DNA of 64,000 bases from Chara braunii (taxonomy: Eukaryota > Plantae > Charophyceae): NCBI GenBank assembly GCA_003427395.1, contig BFEA01000015.1, positions 4,125,508 to 4,189,507 of the forward strand, read 5' to 3'. A program made the translations under genes and the position numbers. Positions 27,183 to 40,760 of this stretch are shown in pieces; position 1 is the first letter of the stretch; every line of letters begins with the position of its first letter. The notes under the pieces were generated by a model. That model had not been told where the DNA came from. It was given only the letters and a program-made list of their open reading frames with translations, and did no database searches.

Positions 27183-27678
27183 CACGTAGCTTCTCCTAAA
27201 TAGGAAGAGGGATTGGGATGTGACACTCGTTATAGGTCGTTGATGAGCTCTACTTTGTATATTTGTGACACCAGTCGAGGTCGCCCGGGATTATCGCCTT
27301 TCCTTCAAGGATCGAACATAGGTGGACCGAGCATCCCCTGTGGCCCACAGACGAATTCTCAGACCTTTTCCCACCACACCCGTTGTCACTAGAGGAGAGG
27401 TTCTGGTGAAAAGTGGTATATCCAGGAGGCCGGTATCTAGTACGGCAGGTTCCCAATATTTCTCAATAATTTTTCTCATTTTGAATTAATTCTCAACCTT
27501 AAGTTAACTTCGTATTCTTCAGAATCTTGTATTTTTCGCCATCAGGAGGATGCTGAGCTCATCCGGTCGGAAGGCTGGTTTAGAGATGGGGGGAGAGACG
27601 AGTGGTCCGGCTGGTGGCCCCCAGTGGTTCCTTCGTGTCTCCAAGACAAGAACGTTGTACCCGGCTAAAAGTTGTGAG

Positions 27679-27718
<40 letters not shown>

Positions 27719-30676
27719 AGAAGTTAGTCGCCTTTATTACGAATAGCAGAAAAGCAGACGAGGCCGGGGACCTCACAATTCTAACTAGAAGAACCTACTG
27801 GGGCCATTACCTAGCTTCAACTAAACTGAAAACGGGGTCCAGTGTCACATTTCTCATATTGTTATCTCCGAAAAACTTCTAAAAAAATCCCTTGAAGCAC
27901 AGTTAAAAAGTCGAAGTTATGGAAACCGGGTCCAGAGACCCTGAACCATTTCAACTCCAGAAAATTCCAAAGGACGATCAAAGCTGAAAACCCAGCTCCC
28001 TATTAGGAGAGTAATTTTGAGTGTCTAAATCGACAGAACCCTTAACCATCGCCAACTCAAGATCACTACTCAAACAGATTTATAGCAAGAGAATAGCTCT
28101 AGCCTATGCCAACGGCTATAAATTAAAACCTGCTAATTTAAGTTGTAATGGCTATAGTAAATACTCAACCCCAATAGACAAAAACCAGCAACAAATCTCT
28201 ACATAAGGCGGTAATCCGGAGAATTCCAAAGGAAAAATCACCAAACAGGTGAGCTCCGTCCGACAACAGTCCCACCATAGCCAGTTGCCTTCCCACTGCT
28301 TCTGGAAGCACCGCTGTCGGAGTCGCCAATGACCACGTACTAGATCTTCACATTCATCAACATGTAATTTCCCATGTATTTAGCCCGTAAAGGGGGTAAA
28401 TACCGCAGTTGAAATCTCTAAAGTTGTGAACATCAACGCATGTAGGTTACATCCCATAGAGTACCGCAGGGGCCTAGAAACTCCCTTCCTCTGGTCTTCC
28501 ACAAAGGAGAACGTTGTATCAACTACTGCGGGGGAGAAGGTTAACACCTCGGGATTTATGAAAACAATGGTCTATAACCCTACACACCGATGCCTAGGCT
28601 TAGCTGCCGACGTCAACGTGCCGCCAGTCTCTGGCGGTGTGAGCGCCGATATGGCAGCACAGGCCGACGTGCTACCAGTCCCCCCCAACCTTCAACAATT
28701 ATGGAAGGAAGGTCAAAAAACACGCGACATAATGAATCTAGTGTAAGGTCTCAGCCAGAAGTAGGACGACATGAGATGAATCTGACCTATGAGATCAGTT
28801 AAATGCAGGGTATAAGAGATGCATACTATCCATCCATGAAGCACGCCATTATCATAAGGAAATCATTATCATCCTTCTATGCATCTGACCTGAAAACAAA
28901 CAGACCCAGACTAATAAGGAGATATGGAGGTTATGCAGAATGTCAGGTGAGCGCAACGAATATCTTCATCCAATGAGACAAAAGATTAAAATCAAAATAA
29001 CTACCACACTTTGTGATTCCCATGTGGCGATAATCATCAGCAGGAAGACGTTGATGCAAACACGAAAAACCTTCTTCGTACAGTCCATCGAAGTTGTTTT
29101 CCATCTTGAGCTTGTAAGCCTGACTCTCCAAATATGCGTTGCCGATTTCTTCATTCCCAAAGTTGAACCATAAAAAACTCACCCATGCATCTTGAAATTC
29201 CTTGTATCAGATCTTTGGATAAACTCTCATCATGAGAGTCTGCATGTACAGAATAACCTATTTTCCTTGTCGAGGAAATTACTTAGTTTTTGGCGTGTAT
29301 ATTCTCTCATCATGAGAGTGCATGTACAGAATAACCTATGTTCCTTGCCGACGAAATTACTTAGTTCTTGGCATGTGCTCCTCACAACAGTAGTCCCACC
29401 ACTACCAGGTGCCCTCCCACTGCTTCTTGAAGCGCCGCTGTCTGAGTCGCCATTCGCCACAACCTAGATCCTCATGTTCATCGTCATGCAATTCTCCATG
29501 TATCTAGCCCACAAAGTGGGCTGAATAGAAGTTCGGATTTTCATGCTTCTAGACGAGGTAGTCATCAGTGCATCATGTGTGACTCTCCCAACAGGAGTCC
29601 CACGGCCACCGGTTGCTCTCCCACTGCCTCCGGAGGCGCTGCCCTTGGATGCGCCATTCGCCATGCCCTAGGCTTTCACTCACCTTCATTGCCAATTGAC
29701 AGATAATTGACCATGTATACATCCTGCGAAAGAGGCTTGATACACAGAACAGAGTTCATGTGCCGAACCACTCTGCAGGCAGCAACTCCTTTTAGTCCGA
29801 GTAAGGTACCAGAGGACCGGCTTCTCCCTACCCCCTGGTATTCCACAGGGGGAAACGTCGTAAAAGTATACCACACGGGAGAAGGAGAATGTCTTGGAAT
29901 TGACGAACAAGACGACGTACTCCCACGCTCCGAGTAAGGTGCCAGAAGATCGGATTCTCCCTACCCCCTGGTATTCCACAGGGGGAAANNNNNNNNNNNN
30001 NNNNNNNNNNNNNNNNNNNNNNNNNNNNNNNNNNNNNNNNNNNNNNNNNNNNNNNNNNNNNNNNNNNNNNNNNNNNNNNNNNNNNNNNNNNNNNNNNNNN
30101 NNNNNNNNNNNNNNNNNNNNNNNNNNNNNNNNNNNNNNNNNNNNNNNNNNNNNNNNNNNNNNNNNNNNNNNNNNNNNNNNNNNNNNNNNNNNNNNNNNNN
30201 NNNNNNNNNNNNNNNNNNNNNNNNNNNNNNNNNNNNNNNNNNNNNNNNNNNNNNNNNNNNNNNNNNNNNNNNNNNNNNNNNNNNNNNNNNNNNNNNNNNN
30301 NNNNNNNNNNNNNNNNNNNNNNNNNNNNNNNNNNNNNNNNNNNNNNNNNNNNNNNNNNNNNNNNNNNNNNNNNNNNNNNNNNNNNNNNNNNNNNNNNNNN
30401 NNNNNNNNNNNNNNNNNNNNNNNNNNNNNNNNNNNNNNNNNNNNNNNNNNNNNNNNNNNNNNNNNNNNNNNNNNNNNNNNNNNNNNNNNNNNNNNNNNNN
30501 NNNNNNNNNNNNNNNNNNNNNNNNNNNNNNNNNNNNNNCAACAAACAACCCAGAAGTATCTAAGACCGTTACCCGGCATTAGCCTTATGCTGGAAACCGG
30601 GTCCAGCATCCCATACCTTCCCCTAAAGGACAATGCAGCTTCCGAAGTAAACTTGAAGCCCAGTAATCCGTTTCTC

Positions 30677-31719
30677 TTTTTTTTCTTTTGCTTTTTTTTT
30701 GTTTTGAAATGGACATGCTCCAATCTATTCGTGGGGAGCAACACGTGCTGGGAACCGGGCCCAGCGTCCCATTCAAAAACATATTGAGAAGATTATGTAA
30801 AAAACTTTGAGTTACCGGGGTCATTACCCGACTTCTGCTAAAAATGATAGTTATGCAATCTACACAGAGAGTTAGGTTCTCTAAGGATTGATCATGGGAA
30901 TATTCAGACCGAAAACAACTTGCCTTTAACAACTGTCAGCAGTTCAACCCTATCCGCCTCTCCCCTATACCCGATACCCAATCTCTGTCAGGCCTCCCAA
31001 CCCCAACTGCTAGGTTACAGAGTGGCACGACCCACCCTAGAAACCCCCCACCTGCTACCATCTCCACAAACACAGTCCGCTGCAACCAACATCAAAATTA
31101 TGGGATTTTTTCCTATTACAACCTCAAAAAACACAAGAATTCAGGGAACTCAAATACAAGTGCGGGAATTGTAACCTAAAAAGGCAGTCAACACCTATTC
31201 TTCCCATAAGGAGAGAGGACGGGAGGAACTAGTTCTCTCCCCATGGAAATTCCTGCACCTATTCACGTCTCTTCTGAATATAAAAAGCTCACAAGAAACA
31301 GAGCGGATTACTCCTCCCCCCCAAAAAACAAACTTATGTTATTTCACTACCTCCGCTGGAAGGCGCCCCCTCACCTCCCAGCCCCAGTTTAGAATAGCCC
31401 CCTAAATCACTCATGCTCCCTCAACAACATGCAATACCCCCTTGAGCATGCCCCCACAGAGTTGAACATCCCCCTTCCCTCGTGTCCCACCCCCTCCAAG
31501 TGAAACACCACTCGACCTCTCACCTTGCTGAAAACAGCACGGCCCCTTTTCCTCCCTCCCAGCCGTCGTGGCTGATCCGACCCAAATCACCCTGGCCCAG
31601 AAGAGAACAAACCCACAATACCGCCCCTACCCTCTCAAGGATCACACCTCCCACCTTGTATAACCCTCGCAGGGAGGGGCAATCAGCATCTATGAGCCCA
31701 AATCCTACAATATCACAAC
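30677..31719 (-). mobile_element. Retroposon 3' segment ending in the type-B motif and an A-tail
   Basis: Motif at 30717-30770 on the minus strand; poly(T) at 30677-30705. Confidence 0.6.
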
Positions 31720-32209
31720 TTTCTTTTTTTTTTAATTTTTTTTTTTAAACACAACCCGAGGTGGTGGTAGTGGTGATGATAAGAGCAGACACCACTACCA
31801 CTCTCGGGGTGGCTCCATCTATTGGTGGGGAGCAGCACCTGCTGGAAACCGGGTCCAGCGTCCCTAAATCATGCAGACATCTGAGTGTGGCTTGAACATG
31901 TTAGTTGGTAGTAACCTTAGTCCTATTACTGCTATATCTCTTCAATCATAATTTTTCATACAACAGTTGAGTTGTTCCTCCACTCTCCTCCTCTGAGTAC
32001 TGGGGTTTTAGAGGTTCTTGCCCGAACCCCAAGCTAGCTCTGCCTCTTCAGCCTTTCTTTGAGGCTGCCTGTTATTTTTTTATAGTCCCTACTAGTCCAT
32101 CTACTCCCTTAAGCACTCTCGCACTTCTTGCCTTTTCTGGCGTCTCCCCCCTTTGTCCTTCAACATTTTCCATCACTCTCCTCCGTACCATGTCACACCT
32201 ACCAGGCTC

Positions 32210-32383
32210 TTAGCTGGGGGGGGGAAAGAAATTTGGGAATTCGCTGCTCGGTCTTATTGGGATTGAGTCGTCCAGCTTGGTCCAGTCATTGAAGAGGAGC
32301 CTGTAGTATCTAGTTACCGCCTTATTGTCCCCCATCTCCCTCTGTCCCCCATTTTCCCCTTTCCACTCCACCATTCCTATCCT

Positions 32384-32448
<65 letters not shown>

Positions 32449-35400
32449 CCAGCTTTTGCAGAACTCTTGTATCCTTTGCTTTATTTCATTCTGTGTGTGA
32501 ATGTGTTTGATCGGTGCTTTGATTTCCTCCCACCTTGCTGTTATGTTTGTATGAATTTGTTGTTGTATGTTCTCCGTAAATTCTGACTCTTCCAACCTCA
32601 CGCCCTCCATTTCATAAGTGCAGCAGCGTCTCTAGAGTGTCCACAATACTGCCCTGTGTCCTTGTTTAAACATGTTGAGAGTGAAGTCGTTCAGTTGCCC
32701 GTAATGCCATCTTTCAAACAACAGTGTTTTCCCGTCTCATGGCCAGGGTACCCCTGTTCCTAGTTGATCCCAGACTCTGTCCCACCATCGCCAGAGCCAA
32801 AACGCTCCGGGACATTGCAGAAAAATGTGTTATATTGTTTCTTTCTTGATGGGAATACACTTGAGCACAATCTGCACCAAGGGAGAGCGAGTCCTCTCTG
32901 TTCAAGGGTGGTCCTGTCTATCAATCAGTTATTGGTTGGTAGGCACCGGTGTTCCATTTGTCATTGTAGGGAGGCCAAATTTGCAGGTTTCTTTTTTGTT
33001 AGCTGGAACCATTTCACGTTTCTCAACGATTCTTTGTTAATGTTCAAATGTTTAATCCATCTCGCTTCCACCTGGTCTTGCAGATTGTTTTTTGGCCGGA
33101 GTAGTTTGTATGTTGCTTTGACTGTGATATTGTACAATGTTTTAGTACCGGTTTTGCCTTTGCCCGTTGTGTTTGTATGGACCCATTCTAAGGGGTCTAG
33201 AGGCAGTTGGGATATAGGTGTGTCTGGGGAGAATGTTACCCATTTGTCTTTCTCCCATAGCACCCTAATTCTTGAGAGTTCGTCCTCCTCGACAAACTGT
33301 ATCTGTTATGGACTGGTCCTTTGGAGGATATTGTCGTTACCAATTTCGAATATATTCACCACCACTGGTCCCTTTGGGTCGCAACACACCACATTGCCCA
33401 CCTCTCCCTGACGGCCCCAAATTGCTACCTAGTCGGACTCCTGTATTGAGGGTCTTTTTCTCAGAATTTTCCACCAATTTTGGGGGATGCATTCTATTAG
33501 ATTTTTCAACGCCTCCTTTGGTCTGTGGCAATATCTCAGCTTTTCCTTGAGTCGATCTCCAGTGATCCAGTCTCTCCTATCTGCGTCCCAAACATCCCTT
33601 ATTCTAGGAACCCCCCTTTTCACCCATCCTTTCAAGGGGGAATCCATGCAATGCAGAACTTGACCCCTTGGATTCGTTATCCTTCTATTCCCAAATAGTG
33701 GTTGCCGGGCCACTTCTTCCCATCTTTTTGGTGGGGTCTTGTCCGGTAGGGGGAGGTTTCTCCATATGTATAGGAGGGTTGGCCAAAAAGGGTCATTGTG
33801 CAGATCCTTTTTTTTCCGTTGTCTTGGCGAATCAGTCGGCAAATTTTCTTGTTGAGACCGGCGCCGTGGAATTGACCATTCTCTATTTTCAATCCATGTA
33901 AGCGGATTGATATGGGTCGGTGTTTCCAGGGCTAATCTTGAGATCTATTCCAAGGCCAATTCTTTTCAATGGCATGGAATGTGTGAATAGAAGAGCAAGC
34001 GCTTAAGCCATTGTATGGCCAGTGCCTTAGCTTGTGTTGTCGGGTCAATTATACCCAACCCCTTTTTACTTTAGATTGGATAATCATCTGCCATGCAACT
34101 CTGATGATTACATTTTGTTTTTCGTGGTCCCCCCGCCATAAAAATGCGGCTAACTGTCGCTGGAGGGAGCATAGGGTGACCCTATCTAGCCCCCAGATGG
34201 CTGACATGTACCAAAGAGAGACGAGCACCACATTGTTGATCAGCAAAGCTTTTTCGAGCAGTGAAGTATGTTTGTTTTTCCGTAGTGCCATCTTTTCCAA
34301 GGGGGGTCTAACTATCCATTCGTTATTGGTTGTTGATGTGTCATTGGTCATCGAAGAGACTCCCAGGACTCTGATCGGGGCCTCTTGAGGTAACCACCTA
34401 ACCTTCGGCTGTTTCGCGGGTCTTACACCTCGATGATGGATCCACCATCCAGAGTTTTGCTCCCTCTGTTGATTCTCATTTCAAATAGGGTACTTTTTCC
34501 TTCGATGCCCGGGTTGCATCTACCATGAGGGTCAGGTCATCAACAAACATGGAGTAGACTGGGATAGCTAAGCCTTCTTTTGGAATCGAGGAAAGTTGTA
34601 TTTTTTGTATATCTTTATGGGTTCTCAAGTTTGTTGCAAGCGCTTCCACGATAATAACGAAAAGGAATGGTGTTAATGGGTCACTATGTCTTACAGAGCT
34701 TTGTAGGTTGATCAGTGGTGTCAGGTTGTCATTGACCATGACTCTAGTTGTTGCATTTCTATGAAGGATTTGCACCCATCGTCTGAAACTGGATCCAAAG
34801 TTAAATTTTTACAGACATTTACCTAGGAATATCCAGTCCACGTGGTCATAGGCTTTCTCAAAATCAATGAAGATGATTGCAACATTTCGTTTAGACTCTC
34901 TTGCTAGCTTGATCACTTCATTGACTAACAAAATATTATCCTGGATGTTCCTGCTTTTGATGAACCCTGTCTAGTTTGGATGTATAATATCATTCATTAC
35001 TTTGATCAAACGATTTACAAGTGCATTGACCACCATCTTGTAGACCACTGTGAGGAGTGTGATTGGTCTGTAGTTCTTTATATTCGTCTTTGCTCCTTTT
35101 TTATATAGAAGTGTAAGAATCTCTTGGCCTACAAATTCCTTTATCCTGCCAACCTTCCATATTGCTTTATAGTAATCCATTAAGTCATGTGAGAAGTTTA
35201 CCCACATCACCTCCCAAAATTCCTTTGGCATGTCATCTATGCCAGGGGTTTTTTCCTCCTCCATCACCATCAGTGTTGTTCATACTTCCTCTTTTGCGAG
35301 AGACTTTTCTAGTTATTCCTTTTGTTGATCTGTCAGTGTTCTGGTGAGGGGGAGCAAAAACTCATCGATTTCCTTCAGTCTCTGTGCCTCTGGTTGGGTC

Positions 35401-36831
35401 CAATACTCTAACGTGAAGAGGTCCTGAAAGAAGTCCCTTACTATTTTGGTGCAGGTTGCTGTTGATGTTAGCAGTGGGCCTTGGTGGGCCTTGGTGGACG
35501 TTTGGGTCCTCCAAGGCTTCTATTGTTGATCGCCCGAGTTTTGTCTCGGCCATTGCAAAAAATCTTGTGTCCATAGTTCCTTCCGTGTTGTGTTTGTGGA
35601 GTTTTCCACAGATCCTAATGCCCTGCCATCGGTATTTCATTCGTTCCAGGATCCGGGCTTCCAACGATTGTATCTTGTTGGCTAGTTCTGTTAACCTTGT
35701 GACATTACTCATATTATCTTATTGTTGTTGAAGTTGTTGCAGTTAATATTGAAGGTCTATTTCTTCTCCGTTGCGTTGGGCTGCAAGCAGTTTTGAGTAT
35801 TCATTGCACTTGCAGCCCAGGAATGCCAGGTCATTGTTGAACCATAATATGTCATCCTGGATCATATCCTTTTGCTGGCGCCAGTAGGCCCAGACTTCTT
35901 TTAGATAGGTCTTAAAGCGGTCTATGGTAAGCAAAGATGTATTAAGTTTGTAAAAACCCCTCCATTGATCTGGCTTTTTCTGGAATGAGAAGATGGTCAG
36001 ACACATTGCATGATCCAGCCCCGGGTGATGGGTGCAGGGGAATATTTCTGTCATTTGTAGAACCCTTTGCAGTTCCTCTGAGATTAGGATTAGGTCAATG
36101 CGTGATTTAGATGTCTTTTGTGCCTTGTTTTTACGAAAGCCGGTGAACTTACGTCGGGCGGGGAATGTCTGCCTGAACGCATCTATGAGGTGGAGAGTTT
36201 GGGTCAGATTGGCTATAGTCCTCTCGTCATTCTCCACGTAGAAGGGGTAGGGGGAGGGGATCTTCCATCTATCGAGCCATCGATCCGGGGCTGCATTGAA
36301 ATCCCCTGCCATTATTATTGGTATGCCCATTGGTAATGTTGTTTTTAGTCCTTCAAAGAAGATATGTTGTTCTCTAGGATCGTTTGGGCCATAGATGTTT
36401 AGGATGCTCACTACCTCTATTTCCAGCATCACGAGGATGTACGCCCATCTCCCATCTTCCTTGTCTGCCTCCTAGTTGAGTGGCTCCACCCTACATCCCG
36501 GGGGGAGCCAAATAGTTACTCCTCCACTTTCTGGATTCGGGGCATGGACGCGGTAGGCCTGGTATGGCAAGATCTCTTTGTGCACATGGTTGTGCTCTGG
36601 GGTGTCTGCCAGGTGTGTTTCTTGTAAGCATATAACATCAGGCTAATCTCTTCCTTCCACCCCTTTCAATAGCTCAATGATCGCCCTCTTTTTGGTCTGT
36701 TTGGCAGATGTTAGTCCATTTACGTTCAGTGTGCGCAGCTCTAAGTCAGTTGTCCTTTTGATGAGTTTCCATTGTTTATCTTTATTATATAGCGCATCTA
36801 TCACATTCATCCCTTGCATCTCCTTTCCCAC
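32210..36831 (-). pseudogene. LINE ORF2: AP-endonuclease, reverse transcriptase, C-terminal zinc-binding domain
   Basis: TLNVNGL, ICLQETH, NIYGPN, AGDFN, SRIDLI, LDH (EN); TPGID, NYRPITLL, IDFEKAYD, PLTPFLF, FVDD (RT); multiple stops and frameshifts. Confidence 0.92.
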
Positions 36832-36861
36832 TAATGTCTGAGAGTTTGTTGTTTTTCTTGT

Positions 36862-39800
36862 TTAAAGTGGCAGCCGTGACTCTTTGTCCAGTGGGCCGCC
36901 CGTCCACAAGGTGCGATTTGTCAGCATTTTTGTTAAGAGGGACCTAATGTCTACTTCTGACCAGGGGTCGCCGACCTTGATTTTTAGTAGTTGCAAGTCT
37001 ATAAGCATCTCCTGGTAAAACCAGTGGAGTCCCTCTACCTTTGTCTGTTCATATCTCAGATAAACATCCTTGGCGGTCAGCCTGTGCCCGCCATACGAGA
37101 TCACCAGGGCGGAGGAAGCACCCTGCCGGAGGTGGTCTTGGGTTAGTTGAACTATATCTGATTTCAGGAGTGTTGGACCCCTTCCCCATGCTGTGAAAGA
37201 GAGGAGAAAAGTCGATCGACCTTTCATAGTGATTTCCCCGTGGGTCACCTCTGGTGGTATTGAGAGGCCTATTTCCCAGGAGTCGTCCCTCCCATGCTGT
37301 GAAAGAGAGGAGAAAAGTCGATCGACCTTTCATAGTGATTTCCCCGTGGGTCNTATTGAGAGGCCTATTTCCCAGGAGTCGTCCCTCCCATGCTGTGAAA
37401 GAGAGGAGAAAAGTCGATCGACCTTTCATAGTGATTTCCCCGTGGGTCGCCTCTGGTGGTATTGAGAGGCCTATTTCCCAGGAGTCGTCCCTTCGTCTGA
37501 CCGATATCAAGATAATACCTTTATCTAGTGGCGTGTTCATTGTCCCACCTTTGTCGAGCAGGTGACAAATGTTTTGGCATTTGCTTGTGAGGTCCAAGTC
37601 CGGGGGAGGGGGGGTTGGGGAGGTAACCAGGTTCTGTGTCTTTTCCAGTTTTTGCTGTGTGGTCGCTTCCGGTTGCCAAGCGGCCAGTGCCGGGCACAGA
37701 CATTCCTCGGCTTTATCTGACACTTTCCTCATTATTTTTGTAATTTTGTTCGTCTCTTCTTTTCCCTTTTACCCTTCCTTCTTCTTTCCCCTTTCTGCAT
37801 CTACTTCCTCCGTCTCTTTTCTTGATTCCCGATTTTCTGCCTCCCCCCCTTCCTTGTTCTTTGTTCCATCCTCTACCGCGTCCACCGAATCCTGACTTTC
37901 TCTCCCTTCTTTTGTGTCCTCCTCTTCCGTGCTCTCTGTTTTTCTTCCGTGCTCTCTGTTTTGTCCTCCACAACGTCCTCCGCGTCCTGACTTTTCCTCT
38001 GTCCTTTGGCCCTTGTTTTCTGGCTTTCTCTCTTTCCTTGCGCCTTATCCTTTCTTCCAACTGCGTTTTCCCCGTTCTGTTGTTTTGGGGTAGACTTTCC
38101 GGACTTGATCGTATCAAGATCTTCATTTTCTTTGGGTGAGGAGGCCAAAACCAGGCTAGCATTCTTCCCTTCCTTGGTGGTGCCGCTCTTATATGGTTGG
38201 AAGCGATTGAGGACGATAGCGAGGAGTTTTTGGCGGGTTTCCGGCCAGTGTATTCCTTCTGGTAGACCGTTCAGCAGGGCCAGCTGGAGACTCTCACTGT
38301 TTTCAAGAAGCGGGATCAAGGCCATATACGTGTCATCCCAAAATGTTTCGTTTCTGACCCGATACTTTATTTGAAGGTTGTCCATCAGCCAATCAGCCAA
38401 CTCCTTCAGCCTATCTCGTCAGTTGTTGGCAGTTGTATTGTTTTTTTCTGTTGGTGTGCTGTCCCTTTGTTTCTGCAGTGTCCTCCATTTCTATTTCTGG
38501 GGGGATAGGTGGGGGGGGTGTGCGCCCGGGATAACCTCCACTTCCATTGGGGCGGTTCCGAAAATTTTCTCAAACATATCCTCTTTGTCATTATCGGGTT
38601 GGGAGGCGTGATTCCGTCACCTGTGCCCACTTGTTCCGGTTCTTTCCTCTTTAACGTCTGCCATCTTCTCCCCCCCACCCCCCACCCTCTCCCTTTCTGA
38701 CTGTATTGTCGGTCCCCTATTGGCAGGTAGTCTCCTGCAGCTGGTCCCTTCACTAATTGTTTTTGTTTCTTCTGTTCATTTCCTTGTTGTGGCTGTGGCT
38801 GCACAAGTTGTTTAGCTTTAGGGGGGGGTGCTGCTTTTGCCGGCTGGGGGGTTTGCCCCCAGGTCCCTCGGGAGTTCGTTGGGTGACCTGGTCTACCCCC
38901 TTGCTTGTTGTCGGTTGTTCCTCATCGGGGTGTCCAGTCACTCGGTGGCTTGGTGGCCCTGCATTGATCCCCCCTACCCTCCCAGATCCATCCTCCGGCC
39001 TGTCCTTTTGGGTCTAGGTCTTCCATTTATACCCAGCCGTCATGTCCTGGGTCGACAGTGTACCATCTATTCGGTTTGTGAGGGTCTCGTTGTAACCTTC
39101 CTGTTGTTGGTCGACTGTTGTTTGGTGCAGGGGGCATGCAGATTTTGTGCACAAGTGCCCGTACACTCTGCACTTAAAGCACCAAGGTCGGAACTTGTGC
39201 ACAGTATGGATTTGATAAATTTTCCCTCCCATCTTGAATGGGATGATATCATCGATGGAGAAGGGTTGGTCCCTCGGAAGGTCCAGGGCTAACATCATGT
39301 AGTCATCCCTTTTTGCCACGTACGACGGAAGCGGGTCAATAAAGTCCACTAGTGTGTATTGCTGTGTCAGGTCATGTATGAATGTGGCTTGTACTTCCAC
39401 CGGGATGTGCCTCAGTTCAACCCAGAAGTAGTATTTCATCATTTGTTCTTTTTTTTCCTCTGGGGTGAGTTTTTTGGGTTGTCATGGGTATATGTGTACC
39501 TCGGACCTCTCCCATCGAAGCCTTCTCCACCCGTCCATCCACTGTTTGTCCTGTATGAATAGGGCTGTACAAAGAAGAATTCCTGACTTGCTTCTGAGCT
39601 GCCCTTCATTTCCTCCAATCTTTTACAAATCCACCTTATTTTGTCGTTGACTGATTTTTGTGCAACCTCTCCCTGGAATACCCAATTGCTAGCGTGCTTT
39701 ATGTATGCTTTGTCTCTCTTGTCCAGTTTTTCAATTGAGTATGTTTTCATTATAGTCTTCCTTCCTCCTTGATCCACCACCTGACTTTCTGAGGGGAGGA

Positions 39801-40300
39801 GGAAGAGAGTAAGGAAGTATGCTCTTGCTGAGGAGAGGTTCTTTAAGGGTACCCTTAGGTCCTCTGTCATCCCTCATTGTGAGTCTGCTGCGGATTGTTT
39901 TATGGAGAGGGTATTCTCCTGCATTGTGTTCCTCACCTGCTGTGCCCACGAGGGTTTCGCCTCTTCTTTTGTCAATTCCTCTTTTTTTCCTTCCAGACTA
40001 TTCTCTTGTTTACGTGCTTTCTCTTTTCTCCTCTTCAGTTAAAATTTTGTCCTCATCGCCAACCCTCATCTCCTCATCTACCTTCCCTTCTTTCTCTGCT
40101 CCTTCCTCTTCATCTTGCCTGGGGGTTCCTTCCTCTCTTTCCCCCCCTGTCCCCATCTCTTGGTCCTACTCGGTTGAGGTCCTTTCAGTTGTTAGCGTCC
40201 CCGAGCCTGTCCAGGCTTTCCCATCGACCTGATTCCTTAGGGAAGCCTGATTGGTAATCTTGGATGTGGACGTGTTGCCGTCGGGAGGGAGTCGAATCGT
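36862..40300 (-). pseudogene. LINE ORF1 (zinc knuckle CFKCRVYGHLCTKSAC, long charged C-terminal region)
   Basis: ORF 39014-39442 has the WVELRHIP...WCFKCRVYGH pattern typical of L1/Tx1 ORF1; it lies directly upstream of the endonuclease. Confidence 0.75.
37180..37490. repeat. About 100-bp tandem triplication inside ORF1
   Basis: CCCATGCTGTGAAAGAGAGGAGAAAAGTCGATCG... occurs three times nearly identically, with an N at one junction. Confidence 0.85.
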
Positions 40301-40424
40301 TTGAGATGTGGGTAATTTCCGGTTCATTGGTCGTTCACAGCTTGAGGCTCGATTGTGACCAGTTTTTTGGAAATTCTTCGAACAGGTGACATCAAATATC
40401 GAATTCAAAAAATAAGAGCCCAAA

Positions 40425-40760
40425 ATTGTGCACTCGAGGGTTTGGGCCATCCATGCTCCCATTGATACATGGAGACGCTGTGACTGTGATGGGCACAGCG
40501 TCGAACCTTGCACACCAGCTATCGTGGTCACTTGATGAGCGCACAACCTTCGCGACGCTTTGACTGTGATGGGCACAGCGTCGAACCTTGCACTCGAGGG
40601 TCTGGGCCATCCATGCTCCCATGGATACATGGCGACGCTGTGACTGTAATGGGCACAGCGTCGAACCTTGCACACCAGCTATCGTGACTGTGATGGGCAC
40701 AGCGTCGAACCTTGCACACCAGCTATCGTGGCCACTTGATGAGCGCACAACCTTCGCAGA
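40425..40760. repeat. Tandem repeats in the LINE 5' region
   Basis: TGACTGTGATGGGCACAGCGTCGAACCTTGCAC occurs four times with shuffled sub-blocks. Confidence 0.85.

Noticed and set aside
31811-31865. 3' motif as an HDV-like or twister ribozyme
   Set aside because: I could not fit the nested double pseudoknot or the catalytic residues, and retroposon ribozymes usually sit at 5' ends. Self-cleavage remains untested.
32384-32447. Poly(C) tract giving poly-Pro/Gly ORFs
   Set aside because: Homopolymer expansion or sequencing artefact inside the dead ORF2; absent from the homologous LINE copies.
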